Shown here: positions 37,855 through 47,202 of the stretch, in pieces
How the letters are laid out: the number at the start of each line of letters is the position of its first letter
Position numbering within the stretch: position 1 is the stretch's first letter
Assembly: GCA_026985095.1 (NCBI GenBank)
Contig: JALSQW010000012.1
Span: 51,810 to 115,809, forward strand
Source of the DNA: Acidimicrobiia bacterium
Lineage (GTDB): Bacteria > Actinomycetota > Acidimicrobiia > Spongiisociales > UBA5794
Reading direction: 5' to 3'
DNA length: 64,000 bases
Notes under the pieces: model-generated
The model's input: only the letters and a program-made list of their open reading frames with translations
Databases searched by the model: none
Told to the model about the DNA's origin: nothing
Program-made: the position numbers and the translations under genes

Positions 37855-38249
37855 CAGCGCCGCCCCAGGGCGATGCCTGCCGTCGCCACGGCCACGCCCA
37901 CCAGGATCGAGCCGACGCCGTACACCAGCGCGCCCAGCCATCGGTCTCCGGCGATCTGCACGATGTCCTTGGCGAAACCGGCGAAGGTGGTGAAGGCTCC
38001 CAGCATCCCGATCCCCCAGAACGTCACGAGGATCCGGCCGGGTCCCGGACGGCGATCCCGCCAGCCGACGAACCACCCGAGGACGAACGCCCCAGCCAGG
38101 TTGACGACGACCGTCGCCGTCGGCGACGCCCATCCGGCGCCGGCGACCGCGGCCGCGACCACGATCCGGCCTGCCGTGCCGACCGCGGCGCCGGCGAAGA
38201 CGGCCGCGAAGCGACGCAGCGGATCGGGAGCGGCGCGGACGGCGAACAT
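37854..38249 (-). CDS. crcB: Fluoride channel CrcB/FEX (subunit 1)
   Basis: In track ORF 37854-38420. ..VVVNLAGAFVLGW.. and ..GMLGAFTTFAGF.. ATGA overlap with the downstream crcB. The start is either MFAVRAAP (38249) or MTGAATFW (38276). Confidence 0.82.
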   Translation of the reverse strand: MFAVRAAPDPLRRFAAVFAGAAVGTAGRIVVAAAVAGAGWASPTATVVVNLAGAFVLGWFVGWRDRRPGPGRILVTFWGIGMLGAFTTFAGFAKDIVQIAGDRWLGALVYGVGSILVGVAVATAGIALGRR

Positions 38250-38322
38250 CGGCCAGAACGTAGCAGCGCCGGTCATGGGACCGGCACACCGCGCCCGGTA
38301 GGCTCTCGTTGGAAGTACCGAT

Positions 38323-38643
38323 ATGGAGGGAGGCCGCATGGCAACGCAGTCCGGTGGGTTGGGTGACATCTTCGATCTGACGTTCGAGAAGTTCGTCACG
38401 CCGTCGGTGGTGAAGATCATCTACATCCTGATCCTGGTCTTCGCCGCCCTCGGATGGCTGTTCATCGTCTTCGCAGGGATCACCCAGGGCTTCGCGTCCT
38501 TCCTGGGTGCGTTGATCTTCGGCACGATCGGCGTCCTCGTCGGCGTGCTGCTGTACCGCATCATGCTGGAGATGGTGATGATCGTCTTCCGCATCGGCGA
38601 CAACACCGAACGGATGGCCGACGCCCTGGAGAACCAAGGCTGA
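38323..38643 (+). CDS. DUF4282 domain-containing small membrane protein
   Basis: ORF track, 106 aa. ..IFDLTFEKFVTPSVVKIIYIL.. followed by two hydrophobic helices. Alternative ATG at 38338. Confidence 0.65.
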   Translation: MEGGRMATQSGGLGDIFDLTFEKFVTPSVVKIIYILILVFAALGWLFIVFAGITQGFASFLGALIFGTIGVLVGVLLYRIMLEMVMIVFRIGDNTERMADALENQG

Positions 38644-38664
38644 GGAACGACGACCGAGTGACCG

Positions 38665-38690
38665 TTGGAGGCCCCTTCGGGGGCCTCCAA
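38665..38690 (+). terminator. GC-rich stem-loop downstream of the DUF4282 gene (candidate intrinsic terminator without a U-tract)
   Basis: TTGGAGGCCCC-TTCG-GGGGCCTCCAA: a perfect 11-bp stem with a tetraloop, starting 22 nt after the stop codon. There is no T-run after it. Confidence 0.55.
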
Positions 38691-38712
38691 CGCGTCCGCC
38701 TACCATGCGGAG

Positions 38713-39465
38713 ATGGACGGCGATACCAAGATCCCCCTCATCTTGTTCCCCACCTGCGTGATGGAGGCCATGGCTCCGGCGGTCGGCGAGGCCGTGGTCC
38801 GCACCCTGCGGGATCGAGGGTTCGCACCGTCGATCCCTCCCGACGCGACCTGCTGCGGCCAACCGGCCTGGAACGCCGGCTATCCCGAGGAGGCCGCCAC
38901 CGTCGCCCGGACCACTCTGGCGGCGTTGACGGACGCACCGTCCGGCCCGGTCTGTGTCCCGGCGGGGAGCTGCGCGACGATGATGCGCGTCTACTGGCCG
39001 GAGCTGTTCCGCCGAGTCGGGGACGAGGAGGCACGAGCGGCCGCCGTGGAGATCGCCGACCGCATCGTCGAGTTCACCCGTCTCGTCGCCGACGACCGCC
39101 GGCAGGCCGACCGGCAGGGGACCGTCGCCTATCACCACTCGTGCCACATGCTGCGCGAGCTCCACATCCACGACGAGCCCGTCGCCCTGCTCACCGATGC
39201 CGGGTACGCGGTGGCCGACTGGGACGACGACGATCGCTGCTGCGGCTTCGGCGGGCTGTTCTCCGTCAAGGAGCCGGAGATCTCGGTGGCCATGGCCGAC
39301 GAGAAGATCGACGGTCTCCCCCTCGACGGGATCGAGGCCCTCGTCGGATCCGACCTGTCGTGCCTCCTGCAGCTCGAAGGCAGGATGCGACGCCGGGGCA
39401 TCGACCTCCCCGTCCGTCACATCGCCGAGCTCCTCGACCCGTCCGGTCCGACCGATGTCCGATGA
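38713..39465 (+). CDS. lutA: Lactate utilisation protein LutA ((Fe-S) oxidoreductase, CCG-domain)
   Basis: In track ORF 38665-39465, ATG at 38713. ..LFPTCV.., ..ATCCGQPAWNAGY.., ..YHHSCH.., ..DRCCGFGG.. paired CCG motifs. Confidence 0.85.
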   Translation: MDGDTKIPLILFPTCVMEAMAPAVGEAVVRTLRDRGFAPSIPPDATCCGQPAWNAGYPEEAATVARTTLAALTDAPSGPVCVPAGSCATMMRVYWPELFRRVGDEEARAAAVEIADRIVEFTRLVADDRRQADRQGTVAYHHSCHMLRELHIHDEPVALLTDAGYAVADWDDDDRCCGFGGLFSVKEPEISVAMADEKIDGLPLDGIEALVGSDLSCLLQLEGRMRRRGIDLPVRHIAELLDPSGPTDVR

Positions 39466-40813
39466 TCTCCGCACACGGGCCACGGAGGCGCTGGCCGACC
39501 GGGGACTCCACGAAGCCCTCGCCCGGGCGACCGACCGCTTCGTCGAGATCCGCCGAGCCGGCGACGACGTCGCCAACCTCGACGCCCTGAAGCGCGCCGC
39601 CCGGTGGCAGCGCCATCGGGTGATGGAACGGCTTCCCGAGATCCTCGAACGCTTCGCCGACGCCGTGGGCAGGGCAGGCGGGGTCGTGCATTGGGCCGCC
39701 GATGCCGCCGAGGCGAACGACATCGTCGGCGACCTCGCCGCCCGGCACGCGGTGCGGACCGTGGTGAAGTCCAAGTCGATGCTGACCGAGGAGATCGGGC
39801 TCAACGAAGCCCTCGAGGCCGTCGGGATCGACGTGGTCGAGACCGACCTGGGGGAATGGATCGTGCAGCTCGCCGGGGATCGCCCATCGCACATCTTGGG
39901 ACCGGCCATCCACTACACGCGGGAACGGGTGGCGGAGCTGTTCTCGGCCCGCGCCGGCGAGGAGCTCCCTCCCGACCCGGAGGTGCTGTGCGCCTATGCC
40001 CGAGCGTCGCTGCGGGAACGGTTCCTGGAGGCCGACATGGGCATCTCGGGATGCAACTTCGGCGTGGCCGAGACCGGGACGGTGGTTCTGGTCACCAACG
40101 AGGGCAACGGGCGGATGGTGACGTCGGTCCCGCCCATCCATGTCGTCGTGATGGGCATGGAGCGGATCGTCGAGACCTGGGATCAACTCGACCTGATGAT
40201 GACGCTGCTCCCTCGTTCGGCCACCGGCCAGCAGCTGTCGGTCTACACGACGCAGGTGACCGGCCCGCGCCGGGACGGCGAGATCGACGGACCCGACGAG
40301 CTGCATGTGGTGATCGTCGACAACGGACGTAGCCACGTCCTCGGGACCGGCGCCCACGAGATGCTGCACTGCATCCGCTGTTCGGCCTGCCTCAACGTCT
40401 GTCCGGTGTACCGGCAGATCGGCGGGCACGCCTACGGATCGGTGTACTCGGGGCCGATGGGCGCCGTCCTCACGCCGCTGCTCGACCCGTCACCCGCCGC
40501 CACCGAGCTGGCGAACGCCTCGAGTCTCTGTTCGGCGTGCCACGAGGTGTGTCCGGTCGGTATCCCGCTCCAGGATCTCCTCCTTCTCCGCCGGGCCGAC
40601 AACGCCGCCGGCGGCGCCCCGGCGGCGTTCCGGGCGTGGGCGAAGGTGTGGAGCCGTCCGGCGGCGTATCGGGCGTCGATCGCCGCGGTGCAGACCGGCG
40701 CCCGGATGGTACCCGACACGTTCGTGCCCTCGGCGTGGACGGACGGCCGGACCGTTCCCCGACCGCGGGGCCGCGGGTCGCTGCGGGAGCGACTCGCCCG
40801 GGGGGAGATCTGA
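39455..40813 (+). CDS. lutB: Lactate utilisation protein LutB (4Fe-4S ferredoxin-type)
   Basis: In track ORF 39197-40813, ATG at 39455 (MSDDLRTRA..). CIRCSACLNVCP and CSACHEVCP cluster motifs. 11-nt overlap with lutA. Confidence 0.88.
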   Translation: MSDDLRTRATEALADRGLHEALARATDRFVEIRRAGDDVANLDALKRAARWQRHRVMERLPEILERFADAVGRAGGVVHWAADAAEANDIVGDLAARHAVRTVVKSKSMLTEEIGLNEALEAVGIDVVETDLGEWIVQLAGDRPSHILGPAIHYTRERVAELFSARAGEELPPDPEVLCAYARASLRERFLEADMGISGCNFGVAETGTVVLVTNEGNGRMVTSVPPIHVVVMGMERIVETWDQLDLMMTLLPRSATGQQLSVYTTQVTGPRRDGEIDGPDELHVVIVDNGRSHVLGTGAHEMLHCIRCSACLNVCPVYRQIGGHAYGSVYSGPMGAVLTPLLDPSPAATELANASSLCSACHEVCPVGIPLQDLLLLRRADNAAGGAPAAFRAWAKVWSRPAAYRASIAAVQTGARMVPDTFVPSAWTDGRTVPRPRGRGSLRERLARGEI

Positions 40814-41466
40814 TGGACCGCGACGCCTTCCTCGCTCGCGTCCGCCGTCGGGTCGATCTGGGGTTCCCGCCCAACGCGGCGCATCCGCTCGCTCGAGTCG
40901 ACGACGTGCCCGAGGCGGTGTACACCGAGCCCCTCGACGATCTGGTCGGCGCCTTCGTCGCCGCGGTCCGACGTCAAGGCGGGGAACCGCATCGAGCGAC
41001 GACGATGGAGGCGCTGGAGACGGTCCTCGACGACGTGCTGGCCGGCGCCGGGACGGTCGCGGTCTCCGCCGATCCGGAGGTGGCGCTCGTCACCGACCTG
41101 CTGGACGATCGATCGATCGACATCGTCCACCCCCGGGGAGCGAACGAGCTCGCCGACGTTCCGATCGGCGTCACCGGCGCGGCGGGGGCGATCGCCCGGA
41201 CCGGAACGGTCGTGGTGGCGTCGTCGCGGGCGGCGAGCCGCAGCGTCTCGCTCATCCCCCCGGTCCATCTCGCCTTGGTGCCGGCCGGGTCGATCGTGGC
41301 GACGCCGTCGGACTGGTGGAGGAACATGGACGATCGACATCCCGACGGACCGCCGTCGCAGCTCGTGTTCATCACCGGCCCGAGCAAGTCGGCCGACATC
41401 GAGTTGACGCTGACGGTCGGCGTGCACGGGCCGAAGCGGCTCGTGGTCGTCGTCTGGGAGGGATGA
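40813..41466 (+). CDS. lutC: Lactate utilisation protein LutC (LUD domain)
   Basis: In track ORF 40537-41466. The ATG at 40813 overlaps the lutB stop (TGATG). ..IGVTGAAGAIARTGTVVV.. and ..TGPSKSADIE.. Confidence 0.8.
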   Translation: MDRDAFLARVRRRVDLGFPPNAAHPLARVDDVPEAVYTEPLDDLVGAFVAAVRRQGGEPHRATTMEALETVLDDVLAGAGTVAVSADPEVALVTDLLDDRSIDIVHPRGANELADVPIGVTGAAGAIARTGTVVVASSRAASRSVSLIPPVHLALVPAGSIVATPSDWWRNMDDRHPDGPPSQLVFITGPSKSADIELTLTVGVHGPKRLVVVVWEG

Positions 41467-41469
41467 GGG

Positions 41470-43074
41470 TCACCCTTGGTCGGGGAAGCACTCGTCGCCG
41501 CGGGTCGACGAGGACTGTCCGGACCGTCCCGCCAGCACGCTGCGCACCTTGGACCGGATGCGGTCGACGTCGGGGATGGCGTTGAACGCCTGGTCTCGCA
41601 CCGGCGCGTAGTAGGGAGGGATGAGCCCCACGGTGGTGACGTCGTCGAAGTCGAGCTGAGCCGCCGCGGTCACGAGATCGGGGAGGAAGCTCAACGGGAC
41701 GTTCGTCACGACCGAGCTCTCGACGGCGTCCGCGATCGCGGGGAACGACCGCAGGATCGTATAGGTGTCGAACTCGGCCGCGACGGCCTTGAGGAGGCAA
41801 CGCTGACGTCGCATCCGGGTGTAGTCGGACGATCCCTTTCGGGCGCGGATGAACGCCAACGCCTCGGTGGCGGTCAGGTGCTGCCAGCCCTCGTCCACGT
41901 CGATCGTCGCCCATTGAGCACCCTCGGTCGGCGGGGAGACCTCAGCGACGAGTGGCTTGTCGACGTAGACGTCCACGCCCCCGATCGCGTCGACGAGATC
42001 GACGAACCCTTTCATGTCGATGAGGGCGTAGTAGTCGATCCGCAGGCCGAGGAGCTCCTGGAGGGTCCGGCGCAGCATCTCCATGCCCGGATCCACCGCG
42101 TCGGGGAAGGTCCGGGTCCACTTCCGCGTCGACGCGTACAAGGCGTTGATCTGCCCGGGGTAGCACTTGCACGGTTCCCACGGCGGCGGTTCCTCCCCTT
42201 CGACCGGCGGCGGTGGCGGGAACAGCCGGAGCTCGAGGTTCACGAAGGCGTCTTCGAAGCGCTTCGGGACCGGAACGTGGCCGTAGTTGCGAGGGACCCC
42301 GAACAGGGCGGCCTTCCCGGTGGTGGTGTCCAGAGTGGCCACGATCATCGTGTCGGTGCGCAGTCCGGACCGGCCCGGACCGGCGTCGCCGCCGGCGAGG
42401 AGGATCGTGATCCGGTCGACGTCCACCCGCTCGTCGAACGGCAGGAACGGCGCCGGTGCGTGATGTGAGGTGAGCTCCTCCCTGCGGAGGGCGACGGCGT
42501 CGGGGTCGCCGACACCGTCGTGGAACATGAGCCCGGCACGGCTCTCGCGGGGATCGAAGTGAGGATCTGGGACCTCTGCCTCGTCGGGCGGGCCGACGTC
42601 GACGATCGTGGTCGGTGTCGCGACCTGCCCTTCGCCATCGGCCACGAACACGGTGTCGAGGAGCCGGATGGCGAGGACGTCGTAGGCGACGACGGCGACG
42701 TGGGGGACGATGGTCAACGCCACGAGCGCCGCCATCGTCACGGTCCCGGCCCGTCCCGATGCCGCTCCCCCGGCTTCCCGCCAGGCGTCGACGACGGCGT
42801 AGATCCTCCATGCCATGGCGACGACGACGATCCCCATGAGGGCCCACAGGAGGGCGGGCGTGACTGCCCATCCGACCAACGTCGACTTCGAGGCGCCACG
42901 CACCACCAGGAGGCCGCCGACGAGCGCCAGGTTGGGAGCGAACAGGGCGACGGCCTTGGTGCGGCGACCAAGGTACCAGTGGCCGGTGCCCGGAACGACG
43001 AAGGATGCGACCACGGCGATCAGCGGCGAGGCGACGCCGGCCGGTCGGATCTGGATCGTGGATTCGCCACTCAC
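41470..43074 (-). CDS. LCP (LytR-CpsA-Psr) family cell-envelope glycopolymer transferase, membrane-anchored
   Basis: ORF track, 534 aa. N-terminal TM helices, ..ITILLAGGDAGPGRSGLRTDTMIVATLD.. and ..ALAFIRARKGSSDYTRMRRQRCLL.. Confidence 0.85.
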   Translation of the reverse strand: MSGESTIQIRPAGVASPLIAVVASFVVPGTGHWYLGRRTKAVALFAPNLALVGGLLVVRGASKSTLVGWAVTPALLWALMGIVVVAMAWRIYAVVDAWREAGGAASGRAGTVTMAALVALTIVPHVAVVAYDVLAIRLLDTVFVADGEGQVATPTTIVDVGPPDEAEVPDPHFDPRESRAGLMFHDGVGDPDAVALRREELTSHHAPAPFLPFDERVDVDRITILLAGGDAGPGRSGLRTDTMIVATLDTTTGKAALFGVPRNYGHVPVPKRFEDAFVNLELRLFPPPPPVEGEEPPPWEPCKCYPGQINALYASTRKWTRTFPDAVDPGMEMLRRTLQELLGLRIDYYALIDMKGFVDLVDAIGGVDVYVDKPLVAEVSPPTEGAQWATIDVDEGWQHLTATEALAFIRARKGSSDYTRMRRQRCLLKAVAAEFDTYTILRSFPAIADAVESSVVTNVPLSFLPDLVTAAAQLDFDDVTTVGLIPPYYAPVRDQAFNAIPDVDRIRSKVRSVLAGRSGQSSSTRGDECFPDQG

Positions 43075-43134
43075 GTTCGTGCCCTCGGGTCGTCGAAGGC
43101 GAACGCTACGACGTCATCTCCGATATCGGAAGCC

Positions 43135-43638
43135 TCACCCCGCCGTGTCGACAGGTGCTTCGACGTGCACGAAGGCTTCCGCCGTGTAGCCGACGCTGGT
43201 GCGCATGGTCAGGGCTTCTCCCACCTCGGGGGGCGGTTCGTCGTCGACGAGGGCGGCCGTCTCGAACCGGGCCTCGAGCTCGGCGATGCGATGCTCACGG
43301 TCCGACAGGAGACGACGGAGCCGTTCCACGTCGTCGCCGCCGGCAGGGGCCGCCTGGAGGCGGGCCACCTCCCGCCGGAGGGCGGCGGCGTCCTCCCGTT
43401 CGGCTTCGAGCTCCGCCACCGTGGTCTTGGCAGCCACGAGGCGCTCCTGGAGGTCCGCCATCCGCTTGCGGAGCCGGTCGACCTCTTCGCTGGAATCGGT
43501 GGCGGGCAGGCCCACCGGGGACGGGGCATTGCGACGGCCGACGACACGTCCGATCAGGATCCCGGCGACGATGCCGATCGACGTCGCTGCCGCCATGAAG
43601 ACGACGATCTCGGCCGCGGCGAACAGGGCTCCTCGCAT
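43135..43638 (-). CDS. Hypothetical membrane-anchored coiled-coil protein
   Basis: ORF track, 167 aa. N-terminal TM helix, then a heptad-like E/R/L-rich region (..EEVDRLRKRMADLQERLVAAKTTVAELEAERE..). ATGA overlap with the upstream OmpA-like gene. Confidence 0.55.
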   Translation of the reverse strand: MRGALFAAAEIVVFMAAATSIGIVAGILIGRVVGRRNAPSPVGLPATDSSEEVDRLRKRMADLQERLVAAKTTVAELEAEREDAAALRREVARLQAAPAGGDDVERLRRLLSDREHRIAELEARFETAALVDDEPPPEVGEALTMRTSVGYTAEAFVHVEAPVDTAG

Positions 43639-44966
43639 CAGTTGCTTCCTCCTTGCTGCATCAGCATCTCGATCGGACCGAACCGGAACTCGACGCGACG
43701 GTTCTGGGCTCGGCCTTCGGGGGTCGTGTTGGGAGCGATCGGGTGTCCCTCACCGAAGCCGACGGCGATGATCCGTCGCTCGTCGATCCCGGCGGCCACG
43801 AGCCAGGCTTTGGCGTTCCCGGCTCGGCGTTCCGACAGCACCTGGTTGGCGGCCCGGGTTCCGACCGAGTCGGTGTGCCCTTCGATGACGATCCCGAGGG
43901 TCGGGTTGCGGGCGAGGATGCCTGCGGCAGTGCCCAACAACGTCTGGAGCTGCGGCGACAGCTCGGCGCTGCCGCTCTCGAAGGTCGCGCCGCCCCGCAA
44001 CGAACCGGTGATGACGTCGTCGTCGATGTCGAGGGTCCATTGCGGGATGGCGGCGAGTTGAGGGATCACGAACGGCAGGCGGTAGAGCGAGAACGAGGCA
44101 TCGGTGCCGCGATCGACGACGAGTCGGTCCGTGACCGCGTCGGGCCCGAAGGCGGCGATGGCCGCCGAGCGCAACGCGTCGGCGATGTCGTCGGTGGGGA
44201 CGGTCCCCGAGAGGGTGAGGGTCCCGTCGCCGGGCGCGTCGGCGTGGAAGTCGGGTGGCGTGAGGCCGTTGACTCGGACCCGATCGTCGAGGACGACGTC
44301 GGGACCGAGTGCCGACCCGATGGCTCCCAGCAGCTTCGCCTTGCGCTCCGGCGTCGGGGCGGAACCTTCGACGACCGCCCGCTGCCCGTCGACGACGAGC
44401 TTCGCCTCGGGAACGATGGCGAGGAAGGCCACGGCGCGGGGAGCTCCTTCGAGCCAGGTGGCGGGGGGCACGTCGCCGACGTCGACGCCGCCGTCGAGGA
44501 GGGGGGCGTAGATCAACTCTGCGACCTGCTGGATGCCTTCGGCGACGGCCGGGGCCGGCACGACCCCCGACAGGGTCAACGTCCCCTGATGGAGGGTGGC
44601 CTCGAGGCGGGAGGAGGCGAGGATCGACGTGGAGGTCGTCGACGTCGGGTCGGCGGGTCGAGTCGGTTCGGTCGGCTCCGGTCCGGGACGCTCGCCCACG
44701 ACGTTGAACTCGACGGTGCGGATGCCCTCGACACCGGCGAGGGCATCGACGACGGCCTGCCGGTCGTAGCCGGGGGTGACATCGACGGTGACGTCGCGCC
44801 CGTCGACCGAGATGGCGGCGTCGACGCCCACGGCGGCGACGGCCGCGGTCGCAGCCTGGGAGATGGCGTCGCGTTCGTTGGGAACCCCGACGAACACGGC
44901 GAGGACGACCAGCGCGAGCCAGGCGCCGGCGAGCGCGGCCAGCGTCCTTCGGGTGCTCTCCGACAT
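43638..44966 (-). CDS. OmpA/MotB-domain peptidoglycan-binding protein with repeated BON-like domains (ArfA/OmpATb-like architecture)
   Basis: ORF track, 442 aa. Signal anchor, repeated ..G.LTLSG.VP... modules, and a C-terminal OmpA_C motif ..IEGHTDSVGTRAANQVLSERRAGNAKAWL..NRRVEF. Confidence 0.8.
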   Translation of the reverse strand: MSESTRRTLAALAGAWLALVVLAVFVGVPNERDAISQAATAAVAAVGVDAAISVDGRDVTVDVTPGYDRQAVVDALAGVEGIRTVEFNVVGERPGPEPTEPTRPADPTSTTSTSILASSRLEATLHQGTLTLSGVVPAPAVAEGIQQVAELIYAPLLDGGVDVGDVPPATWLEGAPRAVAFLAIVPEAKLVVDGQRAVVEGSAPTPERKAKLLGAIGSALGPDVVLDDRVRVNGLTPPDFHADAPGDGTLTLSGTVPTDDIADALRSAAIAAFGPDAVTDRLVVDRGTDASFSLYRLPFVIPQLAAIPQWTLDIDDDVITGSLRGGATFESGSAELSPQLQTLLGTAAGILARNPTLGIVIEGHTDSVGTRAANQVLSERRAGNAKAWLVAAGIDERRIIAVGFGEGHPIAPNTTPEGRAQNRRVEFRFGPIEMLMQQGGSN

Positions 44967-45047
44967 CCGGTACCTCCTCGATGGGGGTATCGGCGCTCGA
45001 GGCCCTGGAGTTGACGGCTTTCTCGGCTCGGATCGGCGGTGTGTGTG

Positions 45048-45749
45048 TCACCCGGGCGCGTCGATGAACGCCATGATGGCGGCGGCGACGGCGCTGGCGT
45101 CGGTGGCCTCGTCGAGCGAGCGGATCGCGATGTCCACCACGTCGCCACCGATGCGGTCACGGCGACCCTCGCACAGGGCGGCGACGTATGGGGCGGTGAA
45201 CTCGGGATGGCCTTGGAATCCGATGGCGTGGTCCCCGACGGCGATCACGGCCACAGGACAATGCGGCGATCCCGCCAGGACCTCGGCTCGCGTCGGGAGC
45301 GCGACGACCTGGTCTCGATGGCTGGACAGGAGCTTGAGGTCCGTCGGGATCGGCGAGGCCCACGGGGGCCGGGGGCCGGTCCAGGTCACGTGGGAGACGC
45401 CGACCTGCCAGCCCTGCGGCGCCTTGGCCACCTCTCCGCCCAACGCCTGAGCCATGAGCTGCATGCCGAAGCAGATCCCGACGAAGGGCCGCTGTGCGCC
45501 GATCACGTCGACGACGAACGATCCGAGCCGGCGGATCCACGGTTCGGGGTCGTAGACCGATGCCGCAGATCCGGTCGTGATCCAGGCGTCGCACTCGGCG
45601 ACGGAGGCGGGCAACTCGCCCGAGACGACGTCGTACGAGCACAGCTCGACGGCCCCTCCGAACAGCGCCGCGAACATGTCCGGGTAGTCGCCCGCGATCG
45701 GCAACAACTCGTCGCGAACGTGGTCGCAGACGAGCAGACCCACACGCAC
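45048..45749 (-). CDS. Class I glutamine amidotransferase-like protein (candidate gamma-glutamyl amide hydrolase)
   Basis: ORF track, 233 aa. Nucleophile elbow ..VGICFGMQLMAQALGG.. and ..FQGHPEF.. His motif. Confidence 0.8.
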   Translation of the reverse strand: MRVGLLVCDHVRDELLPIAGDYPDMFAALFGGAVELCSYDVVSGELPASVAECDAWITTGSAASVYDPEPWIRRLGSFVVDVIGAQRPFVGICFGMQLMAQALGGEVAKAPQGWQVGVSHVTWTGPRPPWASPIPTDLKLLSSHRDQVVALPTRAEVLAGSPHCPVAVIAVGDHAIGFQGHPEFTAPYVAALCEGRRDRIGGDVVDIAIRSLDEATDASAVAAAIMAFIDAPG

Positions 45750-45753
45750 GGCG

Positions 45754-47202
45754 TCAGTCCCTTCCGACGAAGACGGTCTTGTACTCCGAGTAGTGGTCGA
45801 GGGCGACCATCCCCTGTTCCCGCCCGATCCCCGAGCGCTTCACGCCCCCGAAGGGGGCTTCGATGTGGACGCTGGAGCTGGAGTTGATCGACAGCATCCC
45901 GGTCTCGAAGGCCCGGGCGACTCGCAGCGCCCGGCCGATGTCACGGGTCCAGATCGAGCCCGACAGCCCGTACCGGCTGGTGTTGGCCAGGGCGACGGCC
46001 TCCGCCTCGTCGGCGAAGGGCAGGATCCCGACGACCGGCCCGAAGATCTCGTCCTGCATGAGCTGCATGTCGGGCCGCACATCGAGGTACACCGCCGGCG
46101 TGAGGTAGTTCCCTCGGGACCCGAGGCGTTCGCCTCCGCACACCCGCCGGGCGCCTTCCTGCTCGCCCAGCTCCAGGTAGCCCTGCACCCGTCGGAGATG
46201 ATCGGCGGTGACGAGCGGGCCGATCTCGGTTCCCTCGTCCATCGGATCACCGACGATGAGGCGCTCGGTCCGGTCGACGAAGCGAGCGACGAACTCGTCG
46301 AAGACGTCTCGCTGAACGAGGATGCGGCTGCGCGAGCAGCAGTCCTGGCCGGCGTTGTCGTAGACGGCGAAGACGGAGGATCCGACGGCGTCGTCGAGGT
46401 CGGCGTCGGCGAAGACGATGTTGGCCGACTTGCCGCCGAGTTCCAACGAGACCCGCTTGATGTCACCTGCGGCCCGGCGCATCACCTCGGCGCCGACCTC
46501 GGTCGAGCCGGTGAAGGAGACCTTCCGGACGTCGGGATGCTCGACGAGGGCGTTCCCGACGACCGACCCGGCGCCGGGAACGACGTTGAGGACCCCGGGC
46601 GGTAGCCCGGCTTCGAGCGCGACATCGCCGAGCGCCAATGCGGTCAGCGGCGTGATGCTCGCCGGCTTGGCGACGACGGTGTTGCCCATGGCCAAGGCAG
46701 GCGCCACCTTCCACGAGAGGATCAGCAGTGGGAAGTTCCACGGGACGATGGCGGCGCATACCCCGATGGGTTCCCGGAAGGTGAGCAGGGTGCCCTCGGC
46801 GTCGCTGGGGATCGTCTGGCCGTGGAACTTGTCGACGGCCCCGGCGTAGAAGTCGAAGGTGGTGGCGGCGGCGGCGATCTCACCTCGGGCGGCGGCGATC
46901 GGCTTGCCGACGTTCCTGGATTCGTACAGGGCGAGGCGTTCCGCGTCTCGGCGGATGAGTTCGGCGATGCGGCGGAGGACGTCGCGGCGTCGGCGTGGCC
47001 GCATCGTCGGCCAGTCTCCGGAGGCGAACGCGGCCGCTGCGGAGGCGACCGCGGCGTCGGCGTCGGCGCGGGTGGCTCGGGCGACGCGCGCGAAGGGCTC
47101 GTTGGTGGCGGGTTCGACGAGGGTCGACCACGCTCCGTCGGAGGCGTCACGCCGCCGTCCGGCGATCAGGATGCCCTGGTCGGGCACGGTCGTGTCCGTC
47201 AT
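45754..47202 (-). CDS. NAD(P)-dependent aldehyde dehydrogenase
   Basis: ORF track, 482 aa. ..SLELGGKSANIVF.. and catalytic Cys region ..NAGQDCCSRSR.. Confidence 0.9.
   Translation of the reverse strand: MTDTTVPDQGILIAGRRRDASDGAWSTLVEPATNEPFARVARATRADADAAVASAAAAFASGDWPTMRPRRRRDVLRRIAELIRRDAERLALYESRNVGKPIAAARGEIAAAATTFDFYAGAVDKFHGQTIPSDAEGTLLTFREPIGVCAAIVPWNFPLLILSWKVAPALAMGNTVVAKPASITPLTALALGDVALEAGLPPGVLNVVPGAGSVVGNALVEHPDVRKVSFTGSTEVGAEVMRRAAGDIKRVSLELGGKSANIVFADADLDDAVGSSVFAVYDNAGQDCCSRSRILVQRDVFDEFVARFVDRTERLIVGDPMDEGTEIGPLVTADHLRRVQGYLELGEQEGARRVCGGERLGSRGNYLTPAVYLDVRPDMQLMQDEIFGPVVGILPFADEAEAVALANTSRYGLSGSIWTRDIGRALRVARAFETGMLSINSSSSVHIEAPFGGVKRSGIGREQGMVALDHYSEYKTVFVGRD

Noticed and set aside
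38250-38322. Fluoride (crcB-motif) riboswitch upstream of the crcB pair.
   Set aside because: The spacer is only about 46-73 nt, is shared with a divergent gene, and lacks the conserved GAUGG / AACCGCC / CUGAUGA blocks. Only a terminal GCCUAC resembles the motif.
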